This document shows positions 53,079-62,953 of a stretch of 64,000 nt of DNA, piece by piece. A program made the position numbers and the translations under genes. The notes under the pieces are model-generated. The model saw only the letters and a list, made by a program, of their open reading frames with translations. It did no database searches and was not told the origin of the DNA. The stretch is from Bacilli bacterium (GTDB taxonomy: Bacteria > Bacillota_I > Bacilli_A > RFN20 > CAG-826): contig JAGBLE010000010.1 in the NCBI GenBank assembly GCA_017635565.1, forward strand, positions 21,833-85,832, read 5' to 3'. The stretch's first letter is position 1, and the number at the start of each line of letters is the position of its first letter.

Positions 53079-55910
53079 TTATGCTTGAGCTTTTTTAGCT
53101 TCTTTTGCAGCTTTTTTATCTGCTTTCTTGCGTGCTTTAATGGCTTTCTTGCGCTTAATTATGTAAGGGAAGACAACTTTAAGCATATCTTCAGCATGAT
53201 GCATTTCTGCTGCTTCTGGGATATCTCTTGATAAATGAATTGCGTCGAATTTACATCTTGTTGTACATAATCCACAACCAATACATTTATTTAAGTCAAC
53301 TCGGCAAGCACCACAAGATAAGCATCTGCTTGCTTCTTTTTTCACTTGTTCTTCAGTTAATGGTAATCGGAGATCTTCAAATGTCTTGATTGGTTCCCCT
53401 TCTTTCATTCCTGGAGCTTGACGAGGAGCATTATCATATCCTTCCACTAAAATGTCATCTCTATCAAATTCGATGAAATGTCTTAAATCTCTACCAATTG
53501 TAAGTGATTGTCCTGGGTGAACAAATCTATTAATCGAGACCATTCCTTCTTTTCCATCCGCAATCGCATCAATAGCAAATTTTGCACCATGGAAAATATC
53601 TCCTCCAACAAAGATGTCTGGTTCGGCAGTTTGACATGTAACTTGATCAGCAACAGCGGTACCATTTCTTCTGAGTTCAACTTTACTACCTTTAAGTAAA
53701 TCTCCCCATTCAGCAGATTGACCAATTGCCATTAAAACGTTTTGGCACTCAACAGTAATTGTCTCATTTTCATCATATTGAGGATTAAATTTACCTTCAG
53801 CATCTTTAAGTTGAGTGCATTTTTTAAAGATAACAGATTTTACGTTACCTTTTTCATCTTTGATGATTTCTTTTGGACCCCATCCGTTTAAGATAGAAAT
53901 TCCTTCAGCTTCAACTTCGTCGATTTCATCTTTTGCAGCAGGCATTTCATCTCTTGATTCTAAGCAAAGCATTGTAACTTTAGCTCCACCATTGGCTCTT
54001 ATTGCGGTTCTTGCAACATCAGCAGCGACATTTCCGCCACCAATAACAACAACTTCACCATTCAATTTGATACTTTGATCTTGGTTAATTCTCTTTAAGA
54101 AGCTGACGCCACTTTCAACACCTTTCGCATCTTCTCCTGGAACTCCAGCAAGTCTTCCACCTTGTAATCCAATTGCAATATAGAAGGCTTTATACCCCTG
54201 TTTACGAAGTTCATCTAAAGTAATATCTTTACCAACTTCAACTCCACAACGGATTTCGGCGCCCATTTCTTTGATGATATCAATTTCTGCTTGAACAACT
54301 TTCTTATCCAACCTGAAATTAGGAATACCATTAACAAGCATACCTCCAGGGACTTTTTCTTTTTCAAATACAGTAACTGGATATCCTTCAATTCTTAGGT
54401 AATACGCTGCTGTTAATCCAGCAGGACCAGCGCCAATAATTGCGATCTTATAATCATCCCACTGTTTTCCTTCTCCGTTATAACAGTTTGGAATATATCT
54501 GTTTTTCTTATCTAATTCGCGATAAGCAAGGAATTTTTTGATTTCATCAATGGAAACTGGTTTATCAATCAAACCTCTTGTACATCTAGTTTCACACCTC
54601 TTATTACATACAGAACCACAAACAGCAGGGAATGGATTATCTTGTCTAATTAATTTAAGAGCATCTTCATATCGACCTTCTGCCGCCATTTTGATATATC
54701 CTTGAACTGCTAAATGGGCAGGACAAGCAGTTTTACATGGTGAAGTACCAGTATCATAACAATTTAATTTATTTGTTTCGCGGTAGTTACGATCCCACAT
54801 TTCTTCTCCCCATTTATGATCATCAGGGAGGATTTGAGTTGGATATTCTTGTGGTTTTCCATTTTTTAAGCAAAGCTTTTGTCCAAGTCTTGCCGCTCCA
54901 GCAGGACATACTTCAACACATTTACCACAAGCAACACAATTTGCAGTTGTTACATGAGCTCGATAAGCACTACGAGACATATTTGGTGTATTAAATAATT
55001 GTGAAGTTCTTAATCCATAACAACTTCCAGCGGAACAGTTACAAATACCGACAATATGTTCTGGTCCATCAAGGTTTGTAATTTGGTGAACATATCCCTT
55101 TTCTTCACTTCTCTTTAATATTTCAACAACTTCTTCTTTGGTGATATATTTCGCATCTTTTCCACTTTCGACTAGATATTCCGCCATATCACCGACACCA
55201 ATACACATGTGTCCCTCAATATCGCCAACACCTTCTCCTCTAAATCTTTGGGCTTTTCGACAAGCACAAACCATAGAACAGAATTTGTCATATTTATCAA
55301 TCCATTTGGTTAATAATTCAACACTTGTTGGTTTACTATCAGCAGGAATAGCTTGTTCAACAGGAATGACATGCATTCCAATTCCTGCTCCTCCAGGTGG
55401 AATCATTGGGGAAGTTAACGCTAATGGTTCTTGTGGAGCAAGGTTAAACATCGTTGCGACTTCAGGATGCTCATCACATAAAGTTTTGTGTTCAACCATA
55501 TATTCACCACTACCAACAACCCATTTAGGAACCATGTATTGGCGGACTCGTTCTTCGTTATGTCTATTGAACTCAATTAAGCCAATTCCACAAATATGGT
55601 CGAGCATTTTTTGAGTGTCTTCAATGGACATCTTGTTCATTTTCGCGAGTTCTTCAACACGATAAAAAACTCTTCTTTTCTTGAAGGAAAGCATGAACTT
55701 TACTTCTTCTTTTGTTAATAAGCGGTCTAAAATCCAGAAATCCATGTGGTTTTCATGCATCTTGCCTGGTAACTTTCTTAATAAGCTATCAGTAATCATT
55801 TTGGCAAGTTTGATAACCAGTCTTTTCTTTTCAGGATCATCACAATGGTAATCTTCATGAGGAAAGTCCCAATCATTAACATGAAGCATTGGATTTACTT
55901 CTCTTGGCAT
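53079..55910 (-). CDS. multidomain Fe-S flavoprotein: N-terminal Cys-rich domain, ferredoxin domain, GltD-like NAD(P)H/FAD oxidoreductase and C-terminal 2x[4Fe-4S] ferredoxin
   Basis: CVACGKCVEVCP. GltD-type CKTACPAH ... GSVCNKRCETRCTRG. Dinucleotide loops IIGAGPAGLTAA and VIGGGNVAAD. C-terminal CLSCGAC ... CIGCGLCTTRC. AAGGAGAA RBS. Confidence 0.7.
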   Translation of the reverse strand: MPREVNPMLHVNDWDFPHEDYHCDDPEKKRLVIKLAKMITDSLLRKLPGKMHENHMDFWILDRLLTKEEVKFMLSFKKRRVFYRVEELAKMNKMSIEDTQKMLDHICGIGLIEFNRHNEERVRQYMVPKWVVGSGEYMVEHKTLCDEHPEVATMFNLAPQEPLALTSPMIPPGGAGIGMHVIPVEQAIPADSKPTSVELLTKWIDKYDKFCSMVCACRKAQRFRGEGVGDIEGHMCIGVGDMAEYLVESGKDAKYITKEEVVEILKRSEEKGYVHQITNLDGPEHIVGICNCSAGSCYGLRTSQLFNTPNMSRSAYRAHVTTANCVACGKCVEVCPAGAARLGQKLCLKNGKPQEYPTQILPDDHKWGEEMWDRNYRETNKLNCYDTGTSPCKTACPAHLAVQGYIKMAAEGRYEDALKLIRQDNPFPAVCGSVCNKRCETRCTRGLIDKPVSIDEIKKFLAYRELDKKNRYIPNCYNGEGKQWDDYKIAIIGAGPAGLTAAYYLRIEGYPVTVFEKEKVPGGMLVNGIPNFRLDKKVVQAEIDIIKEMGAEIRCGVEVGKDITLDELRKQGYKAFYIAIGLQGGRLAGVPGEDAKGVESGVSFLKRINQDQSIKLNGEVVVIGGGNVAADVARTAIRANGGAKVTMLCLESRDEMPAAKDEIDEVEAEGISILNGWGPKEIIKDEKGNVKSVIFKKCTQLKDAEGKFNPQYDENETITVECQNVLMAIGQSAEWGDLLKGSKVELRRNGTAVADQVTCQTAEPDIFVGGDIFHGAKFAIDAIADGKEGMVSINRFVHPGQSLTIGRDLRHFIEFDRDDILVEGYDNAPRQAPGMKEGEPIKTFEDLRLPLTEEQVKKEASRCLSCGACRVDLNKCIGCGLCTTRCKFDAIHLSRDIPEAAEMHHAEDMLKVVFPYIIKRKKAIKARKKADKKAAKEAKKAQA

Positions 55911-55983
55911 ATTATTCTCCTTAGTTATGTCTTGTAGTAATTATATCAAAAATATAATTAAAATAAACCTTTAAAATATTGTT

Positions 55984-56658
55984 CTATAGTTTGAACTTAA
56001 AGTCACAATTGCTACAGTGATAAGAAAAACCATTAACAATCATTTTATGATCGCATCTTGGACAAATTCCACTTTCAATCGCGTAGCTTATTTCATCCTG
56101 TATTTCTTTACGAATTTGTTTGAGGTAACCAATATTTTCTAAATGTTCTGCTTTAGAAATTTTACTCGATGCATTTTTAAGTGCCTTATAAATTTCATCG
56201 ATTTCATTTTTCTCAATAATCTTTTTATAAGGATAGGTATTAATAAATAAAATTAAGTCTTTGAAATTAATTACATTTTCATCTCCGATATATGGAGCGT
56301 TATTTTTAACAAAGACCACGACAGGAATTACATCATATTTCTTTTCAAGAGCGCGGTTGACCATTGTGACATGACTTTTATTTTGTTTCAAAGGATTAGA
56401 GATTCTTTCAACTTTTCCATTAACTTCTTTTAGCCAGAAAGAATCATGAGTGTTATTATCAATCTTTCCATAATAGTTTTTTGTTTCGATAACGAACACT
56501 CCATGAGGATGAATTAATATATGATCAATTTGATGAGTCATTTCGCTTCTTTCATTAACAAAAGTAATATCATTCATTACTCGATGATATTCTTTTATTT
56601 TTTTAAGTAAGTCTTTAACTTTTGACTCGCCTTTTTTGCCTCTACTAATCTTTGACAT
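55984..56658 (-). CDS. NERD domain protein with a C-terminal zinc ribbon
   Basis: QIDHILIHPHGVFVIETKNYYGKI is the NERD core. C-terminal CPRCDHKMIVNGFSYHCSNCDF. Confidence 0.7.
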   Translation of the reverse strand: MSKISRGKKGESKVKDLLKKIKEYHRVMNDITFVNERSEMTHQIDHILIHPHGVFVIETKNYYGKIDNNTHDSFWLKEVNGKVERISNPLKQNKSHVTMVNRALEKKYDVIPVVVFVKNNAPYIGDENVINFKDLILFINTYPYKKIIEKNEIDEIYKALKNASSKISKAEHLENIGYLKQIRKEIQDEISYAIESGICPRCDHKMIVNGFSYHCSNCDFKFKL

Positions 56659-56773
56659 AGTTCAAAATTATTTTATTATTTGTTTGCCATTAAATCTTCA
56701 AAAAGCGTAAGAAAGTGCATATTTTTATTTTTCGCAACCAATATTTGCATATTTTCAAGCCAAAATTGGTGGT

Positions 56774-56803
56774 TTGCTATTAATATTAAAAATAAGATAT
56801 ACT
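56774..56803 (+). promoter_or_regulatory. candidate sigma-70-type promoter of the XRE regulator gene
   Basis: TTGCTA, then 18 nt, then TATACT. It ends 17 nt before the ATG at 56821, with AAAAGGGGA as the RBS. Confidence 0.35.
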
Positions 56804-56820
56804 CAAAAAGGGGAATGGTT

Positions 56821-57465
56821 ATGACAATCGAATTTGGTAATAGACTCCAAGAACTTAGAAAAGCTCATGGGTATTCGCAAGAAACTCTCGCCGACAAACT
56901 CGGCGTATCACGACAAGCAGTAAGTAAATGGGAATGCGGCGAAGCTTCTCCAGACACTGATAATTTAATTGAACTAGCAAAAATTTATGAAATTTCTTTA
57001 GACGAATTAGTAAATAGCAAAACTAATGAAAGTCATGTCAAGATTACTAATATTAAAGATGAAGACGATGATGATGACGATGACGAAGATGAGGATGAAG
57101 ATGAAGAAAGTGAAGAAAAAGATAGCCGAAAAACAACCACAGTTGATATTCTTATTTCTTTAATTACCACTATCGCTGTTATTGTTACTTATATTTTATT
57201 AGGAACATTATTAGGCTTATGGGCTAAGGCATGGGTATTATTTTTCTTAATTATAATTGTTCCATCTTTAGTCGAAGCAATTGAAAAAAAGAATATGAAT
57301 AAGTTTGCGTGGCCAATATTAATCGCAATGATATATTTAACTCTTTGTAATTGGGTACTTAATGACTTATGGCATCCATTATGGATATTATTCCTAACAA
57401 TTCCTATTTATTACGTATTAGGGGATTTGGTCAATAAGGCAAAACAAAAAAAGGAACGAAAATAA
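56821..57465 (+). CDS. membrane-tethered XRE-family HTH regulator (HTH, acidic linker, about 4 TM)
   Basis: FGNRLQELRKAHGYSQETLADKLGVSRQAVSKWECGEASP is a Cro/C1-type HTH. A 20-residue D/E run and a hydrophobic C-terminal half follow. The track start at 56680 adds an implausible 47-aa extension. Confidence 0.8.
   Translation: MTIEFGNRLQELRKAHGYSQETLADKLGVSRQAVSKWECGEASPDTDNLIELAKIYEISLDELVNSKTNESHVKITNIKDEDDDDDDDEDEDEDEESEEKDSRKTTTVDILISLITTIAVIVTYILLGTLLGLWAKAWVLFFLIIIVPSLVEAIEKKNMNKFAWPILIAMIYLTLCNWVLNDLWHPLWILFLTIPIYYVLGDLVNKAKQKKERK
57058..57117 (+). repeat. GAW-codon low-complexity tract encoding DEDDDDDDDEDEDEDEESEE
   Basis: Read directly: gat gaa gac gat gat gat gac gat gac gaa gat gag gat gaa gat gaa gaa agt gaa gaa. 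Confidence 0.9.
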
Positions 57466-57478
57466 GCCGTTCCTTTTT
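57448..57478. terminator. bidirectional terminator between the convergent XRE regulator gene and gdhA
   Basis: aaaaaggaacg-aaaataagc-cgttccttttt (11-bp stem including the A/T ends). It overlaps the last codons of the plus-strand gene, and A/T runs flank it on both sides. Confidence 0.7.
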
Positions 57479-57493
57479 AAATTAATTGAATTA

Positions 57494-58840
57494 TTAGCAG
57501 ACACCTTGCGCTAGCATTGCGTGATAAACCTTCAAGAAACCCGCTATATTAGCACCTAATGCAAGATTTCTTGGTTGTCCATATTGAACAGCGGTATCGT
57601 GACATGCTTTAAAGATTTTCTTCATAATCTCTTCAAGTTTTTGGTCAACTTCTTCAAAAGTCCAACTCAAGTGCATTGCGTTTTGACTCATTTCTAATCC
57701 AGAAACTGCCACCCCTCCTGCGTTACTTGCTTTACCAGGAGCAAATAAAACATCGTTATTATTGAAGAATCTGATTGCTTCAACGTCAGTAGGCATATTT
57801 GCACCTTCAACAACCATGTAGCATCCGTTCTTCTTTAATAGTTCAGCATCCTTAAGAGATATCTCTCCTTGTGTTGCACATGGAAGAGCAATTTCACAAG
57901 GAACAGACCATAATCCTCTTGGTCCTTCAGTAAATTTTGCAGTTGGATGAGTTAAAACATATTCTTTTGAAAACATTCCTTTTTCTTTACTCAACTCAAC
58001 GATATAAGGAACATCCAATCCGTTTGGATCAGTAACATATCCATCAATATCACTCATACCTACTAAAATCGCTCCTAATTGATGAGCTTTTTCAGCGGCC
58101 ATTCCACCAACCTTACCACATCCAGAAATAATGATTTTCTTTCCAGTGAAATCGGTGTTGAAATATGTTTTTAACATTTCTCTAGCGTAATATAAAAGCC
58201 CATATCCTGTTGCTTCTGGTCTAGCTAAAGAGCCACCATAAGAAACATCTTTTCCAGTAAAAACACCAGACCATTCATTTCTTAATTTTTTATAATATCC
58301 AAACATATATCCAACTTCTCGAGCGCCAAAACCTAAGTCGCCTGCAGGGACATCAGTGTCTGGACCAATATGTCGATATAATTCTGCCATAAAGGATTGG
58401 CAGAATCTCATTACTTCAGCATCACTTTTTCCACGTGGATCAAAATCAGCGCCGCCTTTTCCTCCGCCCATAGGAAGACCGGTTAAACTATTTTTAAATG
58501 TTTGTTCAAACCCAAGGAATTTAAGAATTGAAAGATTAACTGATGGATGAAATCTCATTCCACCTTTATATGGACCAATTGCAGAGTTAAATTGAACTCG
58601 ATACCCAGTATTAACACGAATCTTTCCGCTATCATCAACCCAAGGCACTCTCATTTGGATAATTCTTTCAGGAACAATAAGTCTTTCTAAGATTGAAAAT
58701 TGTTCGATTTTTGGTTCTTTATCCACCAAGAAGTCCATTGAATCAAAAAACTCTTCTATTGCAGAAACAAATTCTTTTTCGTTTCCATATTTCTCTTTAA
58801 CTTCACTGAGAAGTCGATTTAGATATTCACTTTTATACAT
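57494..58840 (-). CDS. gdhA: NADP-specific glutamate dehydrogenase
   Basis: KFLGFEQTFKNSLTGLPMGGGKGG (GDH active-site Lys region) and the dinucleotide fold ISGCGKVGG. GAGGT lies 7 nt before the ATG at 58840; the track start at 58846 is too close to the SD. Confidence 0.9.
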   Translation of the reverse strand: MYKSEYLNRLLSEVKEKYGNEKEFVSAIEEFFDSMDFLVDKEPKIEQFSILERLIVPERIIQMRVPWVDDSGKIRVNTGYRVQFNSAIGPYKGGMRFHPSVNLSILKFLGFEQTFKNSLTGLPMGGGKGGADFDPRGKSDAEVMRFCQSFMAELYRHIGPDTDVPAGDLGFGAREVGYMFGYYKKLRNEWSGVFTGKDVSYGGSLARPEATGYGLLYYAREMLKTYFNTDFTGKKIIISGCGKVGGMAAEKAHQLGAILVGMSDIDGYVTDPNGLDVPYIVELSKEKGMFSKEYVLTHPTAKFTEGPRGLWSVPCEIALPCATQGEISLKDAELLKKNGCYMVVEGANMPTDVEAIRFFNNNDVLFAPGKASNAGGVAVSGLEMSQNAMHLSWTFEEVDQKLEEIMKKIFKACHDTAVQYGQPRNLALGANIAGFLKVYHAMLAQGVC

Positions 58841-58929
58841 GGGCATACCTCTTTATTTTATATAATAACTTTACGCATTTTAGATTATCATTTCTAACGC
58901 TTTTTACAATTGAAAAATACCGCTGTTAA

Positions 58930-59913
58930 CTAATCTTTTTTATTCTTTGAAGACTTTACAATTCCTTTTTTAATTTCTTTCATCATTTCTTCATCTTCTT
59001 CTTCGTTTTCAAATTCAAAACTGTCCAAGATATTTTGGATATGATATTCCTTCATTAAATATTTCTTTGTTTGCTTGCCAATGATAAATGTAAATGTAGC
59101 ATTAGCAAGACCTTGAATAGCGGAACCAGCAGCCGAGCTGATGATTGGAATTGATTTTTCTTTACTGAAAACATTAATAACTCCAGTAACAATTCCTTCG
59201 CTTGTCGCAGATATTCCATACGCTGATAAAGCACTTACTAAAATTGATTCGTAAATTTTAACCATTTTACTTTCTGAAGGTCTGAACCCATAAAGATAAA
59301 CAATATTCTTAATGAGATTTAGATTAGTTAAAGTTACAATTGCGGTATCAATTTTATCTGATTGAGATAACGCGGTTAATAATCCAGTTCTTATTGAATT
59401 ATCCACTATCATCTTATTAGCAATTTTCTTAACATCAGTGTTATAAATGTCGGTTAATGTTTCTTTAAGCAATTCATTATTTTTGGTTTGTCTAGCAATA
59501 GCAAGTTGACCAACTTTTTCTCGACTATACCAAGAAATATCATTAACTTTACTTACGACATCAATCATCATATCAGCGATATCTTCTCTTAATTTTTTAT
59601 TTGCCTTTTTTGCTTTAGCGCCAGTAACCTCGTCAACATTAGTCTGGAACGATCGAATCTTAGTAATTTTAATAATAGGAATAATATATAAGAAAACAAA
59701 AAGCAAAACTGCGACTGCGATAGAAATGTAGCCTGCAATATTATTGAATTCAAAAACTTTCAAGACCACTAAAGATAGACAAGTTGCAATAACAACTCCA
59801 ATGGCCGCTGAAAGAAGGAAAAACCCCCATTTAATCAGTTTTGTGTTCTGCGGTTTTGTGTAATTCTTTTTATATTCTTCAAAAGTAATTTTTTTGCTAT
59901 TGTTAATTTTCAT
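58930..59913 (-). CDS. membrane protein, YcjF/DUF697-like
   Basis: Two adjacent TM helices after a basic N-terminus, then a C-terminal region (TGLLTALSQSDKIDTAIVTLTNLNLIKNIVYLYGF) resembling DUF697. Confidence 0.5.
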   Translation of the reverse strand: MKINNSKKITFEEYKKNYTKPQNTKLIKWGFFLLSAAIGVVIATCLSLVVLKVFEFNNIAGYISIAVAVLLFVFLYIIPIIKITKIRSFQTNVDEVTGAKAKKANKKLREDIADMMIDVVSKVNDISWYSREKVGQLAIARQTKNNELLKETLTDIYNTDVKKIANKMIVDNSIRTGLLTALSQSDKIDTAIVTLTNLNLIKNIVYLYGFRPSESKMVKIYESILVSALSAYGISATSEGIVTGVINVFSKEKSIPIISSAAGSAIQGLANATFTFIIGKQTKKYLMKEYHIQNILDSFEFENEEEDEEMMKEIKKGIVKSSKNKKD

Positions 59914-59923
59914 ATATTAAATA

Positions 59924-60379
59924 TTAATAAAGTATATGAGTTAAATTCTCATATTCTTCATATAATTTTAAACAAGCTTTTCTATCAAGTTCAGTGATGA
60001 GTTTTTCTCTTTCACCAGGCTCTTGCATTTTATAAAATTTAGCATCTCTAAATCCAATTATTTCAGTATCGAATATATTACATCCATAATAGACTTTATC
60101 GATATTTGCCCATAAGATAGCAGACATACACATTGGGCAAGGTTCGCCTGTTGTGTATAATTCGCATCCACTTAAATCAAAAGTACCGAGTTTCTTGCAC
60201 GCTTTATGGATTGCAACCATCTCGCCATGGCAAGTTGGATCGTTATTTTTAAGAACTTGATTATGTCCTTTTCCAACTACAACTCCATCTTTAACAATGA
60301 CCGCACCAAAAGGACCACCGTGTTGGTTTTTAATTCCTTTTCTCGCTTCATTAATTGCCATTCTCATATATTTATTCAT
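59924..60379 (-). CDS. CDA-fold nucleoside/nucleobase deaminase, guanine deaminase (GuaD)-like
   Basis: GGPFGAVIVKDGVVVGKG, the zinc motifs CHGEMVAI and EPCPMCMSA, and a length close to B. subtilis GuaD. The track start at 60397 is GTG; the ATG at 60379 is preferred. Confidence 0.7.
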   Translation of the reverse strand: MNKYMRMAINEARKGIKNQHGGPFGAVIVKDGVVVGKGHNQVLKNNDPTCHGEMVAIHKACKKLGTFDLSGCELYTTGEPCPMCMSAILWANIDKVYYGCNIFDTEIIGFRDAKFYKMQEPGEREKLITELDRKACLKLYEEYENLTHILY

Positions 60380-60412
60380 GTTGATACCTACTTCCACATA
60401 TATTTTACATAA

Positions 60413-61447
60413 TTAGTTATTCTTTTTCGATTTCCACTTTAGATAAACGCCTTTGTAATATTCGCTCCACATCTTCTTTAACATTTCTTTGTTATAGAAT
60501 TCTGAGATGAAAATTGAGTTATCAACTTGTTCGTGATAATAGGTTAAGTCAATCTTCAGTTTATTTAGTTCATCACTAAATTCATCAACGTTTGATCCTT
60601 TTACGAATTTAGAAAAAAGAATCGGTTTATAAATAGTCAAACCTCTTAATAAAATTGGCTTATGAACATTAGCAGCTTCCAAAATAGACATTGGGAAAAG
60701 TTCAACAAATGAAGGCATGAATAAAACATCACAAACATTGAAAATATCATTCATGAGATTTCTTTCTAAAATTGGAATATTTATCATGTTTTGCGGCAAA
60801 TTTTTGAGTAATTTTTTATATTTTTTATATCCATGCATAATACATCCAAACGAAAAACCACCTACCCAAACAAAGAACATTTCTGGATTTCTTTTTGCGG
60901 TCTCAACAAAATCGTCAAAACCTTTTCTCGTTTGAATTTGTCCACACCCCAAGACAATAAATTTATCTTTTGGGATGTTATATTTTTCTTTTGCTTTTAT
61001 AATTTCTTCTTCCGTTAGAGGAGAGAAATGTTCGTGATCAACATAATTAGGAATATAGGTTATTTTATTTTCAGGAATTCCAAGAAGTTTTAAGTCTTCG
61101 ATAAAAGAAGGATTAACGACCACTAATTCATCTGCTTTTCGATAATAACTATTCACATACCAATCAAATATTTTGGTAAATAATTTAGGTAGCTTAATGC
61201 TCTCATGATTTTTGGCGGGAATGAAATGAACATATACGATATTTAGATGCCTTTTATTCATCCTCATCCTGAAAGTTGGATTAACACTATGAATGTGATA
61301 AATATCAAATTTTCCAGATTTCGAATTTATTGAAACATCAAAATCTTCAATATCTTTAATAAGTGATACTTGCTCTCTATATGCACTTGCAACACCTTGT
61401 CCTTTAACCGACTCAGCTTTACTCAACATATTTATTCGAATTTTCAT
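60413..61447 (-). CDS. GT4 family glycosyltransferase (possibly a glycolipid synthase)
   Basis: GT-B C-terminal E-x7-E region FMPSFVELFPMSILEAANVHKPIL. 344 aa. Confidence 0.7.
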   Translation of the reverse strand: MKIRINMLSKAESVKGQGVASAYREQVSLIKDIEDFDVSINSKSGKFDIYHIHSVNPTFRMRMNKRHLNIVYVHFIPAKNHESIKLPKLFTKIFDWYVNSYYRKADELVVVNPSFIEDLKLLGIPENKITYIPNYVDHEHFSPLTEEEIIKAKEKYNIPKDKFIVLGCGQIQTRKGFDDFVETAKRNPEMFFVWVGGFSFGCIMHGYKKYKKLLKNLPQNMINIPILERNLMNDIFNVCDVLFMPSFVELFPMSILEAANVHKPILLRGLTIYKPILFSKFVKGSNVDEFSDELNKLKIDLTYYHEQVDNSIFISEFYNKEMLKKMWSEYYKGVYLKWKSKKNN

Positions 61448-61551
61448 GGTATATCTATTTTAAAGTTATCATAGCGAAAAAGAAACTATTTAATTTATGT
61501 GAGCAAGTATCTTATAATTTAGATACTTTTATGTATAAAGGAGGAAAATGA

Positions 61552-62952
61552 ATGATTAGTAAAAAACTCGCAATAGAAGTTCTTAACGAAATGCTTTCAA
61601 CAGGTGCTGATTTTGCAGAAATCTTTTATGAAGATTCTCACGCTGCCTCAGTAGCGATTGAAAATGGAAAAGTCAGTTCAAGTAGCTTTGATATCACCTC
61701 TGGAGCAGGGCTAAGATTATTAAAAGAAAATAGAAGTGTATACGGATACACTAGTGATTTAACCAAAAAAGGATTAATGAATCTTGCACAATCATTAAAT
61801 AAATCTTTTTCTGGAGAAAGATTAATTACAGTCACCAAACTAGAAATGATTAGAGGCAAAAATAGAAACCCTATCATTAAGAGTTATGATGATATTCCTT
61901 TAAAGGACAAAATTGATTTAGTCAAAGAAGGCACTAACGAAATTGAATCAATGAATGATCCAAGAATTGTTAGATATATAGGAAATTTCCTTAACAATCA
62001 TCGAGGAGTAACTATTTTTAATTCAAAAGGAAAGTGGTTCACTAGAGAAACCGAATTTGCTAGACTTGCATATTCAGTAATTGTCGCTGATGAAAATGGA
62101 ATGGAAACGGGCTTTGAAGGACCAGGATGTCAAATGGATATGAGCTTCTTCAAAGACAAAGCTCAACCAAGAAAAGTTGCAAGAAAAGCCGCAGAAACCG
62201 CTTTATTGATGCTCACTGCTAAAGAATGCCCATCTGGAAAAATGCCGGTTGTTATTGGTAATGGATGGGGTGGAGTTCTTTTCCATGAAGCATGTGGCCA
62301 CCCACTTGAAGCAAGCGCTGTTAGTAGAGGATTAAGTTACGCAACCGGTAAAGAAGGACAAATGATTGCATCTCCTGTTGTTACTGCAATCGATGATTCA
62401 ACAATTCCAAATGAATGGGGTTCAATCGATATTGATGATGAAGGAAATCCAGGTACAAAAAGAGTCTTGATCAAAGATGGTATTCTTAAAGATTTCATGA
62501 TTGATGATTTCAATGGAAGAAGAATGGGAAGAGAAGGAAACGGATCCTGTAGAAGACAAAACTATAAATTCTGCCCAACAAGTAGAATGAGTAATACCTA
62601 TATTGATAATGGAAAATCAACTCCAGAAGAAATTATCGCTGCTACAAAATTAGGACTTTACGCAGTTGGATTTGCAGGAGGAAGCGTTGATCCAACAACT
62701 GGTGAATTCAATTTTGGATGCTCAGAAGCATATATTATTCGTGATGGAAAAGTGTGTGAACCTGTTAAAGGGGCAACATTAATTGGAAAAGGCGAAGAAA
62801 TTCTCAAAAAGATTGATATGGTCGCTAACGATCTTGCCTTTGGACAAGGAATGTGTGGAGCTGCAAGCGGTAGCATTAGAACAAATGTTGGACAACCTAC
62901 TTTAAGAATTAGCGAAATCACTGTTGGTGGCAGAGGAGGAGAGTTAAAATAA
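61552..62952 (+). CDS. tldD: TldD family metalloprotease
   Basis: HEACGHPLE zinc motif and the conserved C-terminal GMCGAASGS ... QPTLRI. AAAGGAGGA RBS. Confidence 0.9.
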   Translation: MISKKLAIEVLNEMLSTGADFAEIFYEDSHAASVAIENGKVSSSSFDITSGAGLRLLKENRSVYGYTSDLTKKGLMNLAQSLNKSFSGERLITVTKLEMIRGKNRNPIIKSYDDIPLKDKIDLVKEGTNEIESMNDPRIVRYIGNFLNNHRGVTIFNSKGKWFTRETEFARLAYSVIVADENGMETGFEGPGCQMDMSFFKDKAQPRKVARKAAETALLMLTAKECPSGKMPVVIGNGWGGVLFHEACGHPLEASAVSRGLSYATGKEGQMIASPVVTAIDDSTIPNEWGSIDIDDEGNPGTKRVLIKDGILKDFMIDDFNGRRMGREGNGSCRRQNYKFCPTSRMSNTYIDNGKSTPEEIIAATKLGLYAVGFAGGSVDPTTGEFNFGCSEAYIIRDGKVCEPVKGATLIGKGEEILKKIDMVANDLAFGQGMCGAASGSIRTNVGQPTLRISEITVGGRGGELK

Positions 62953-62953
62953 T

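Noticed and set aside
55138-55614. 158-aa plus-strand ORF, the largest of many track ORFs lying antisense to long genes. Others include 2533-2718, 2786-3064, 3894-4115, 16790-17161, 27182-27598, 29628-29912 and 50708-51058.
   Set aside because: Each is fully embedded in the opposite strand of a CDS with clear family motifs. They have low-complexity, Ser/Leu/Ile/Phe-rich translations, no RBS and no recognisable domain. They are expected by chance in AT-rich DNA.
56680-56820. N-terminal 47-aa extension of the XRE regulator suggested by the ORF track
   Set aside because: The extension is hydrophobic junk without an RBS. The ATG at 56821 has AAAAGGGGA at proper spacing, and the HTH domain starts immediately after it.
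61506-61527. agtatct-tataattt-agatact hairpin upstream of tldD, considered as a terminator
   Set aside because: No upstream plus-strand gene exists for it to terminate. Its loop contains a perfect TATAAT (61513-61518) that is more simply read as the tldD -10 element. Evidence is insufficient to call either with confidence.
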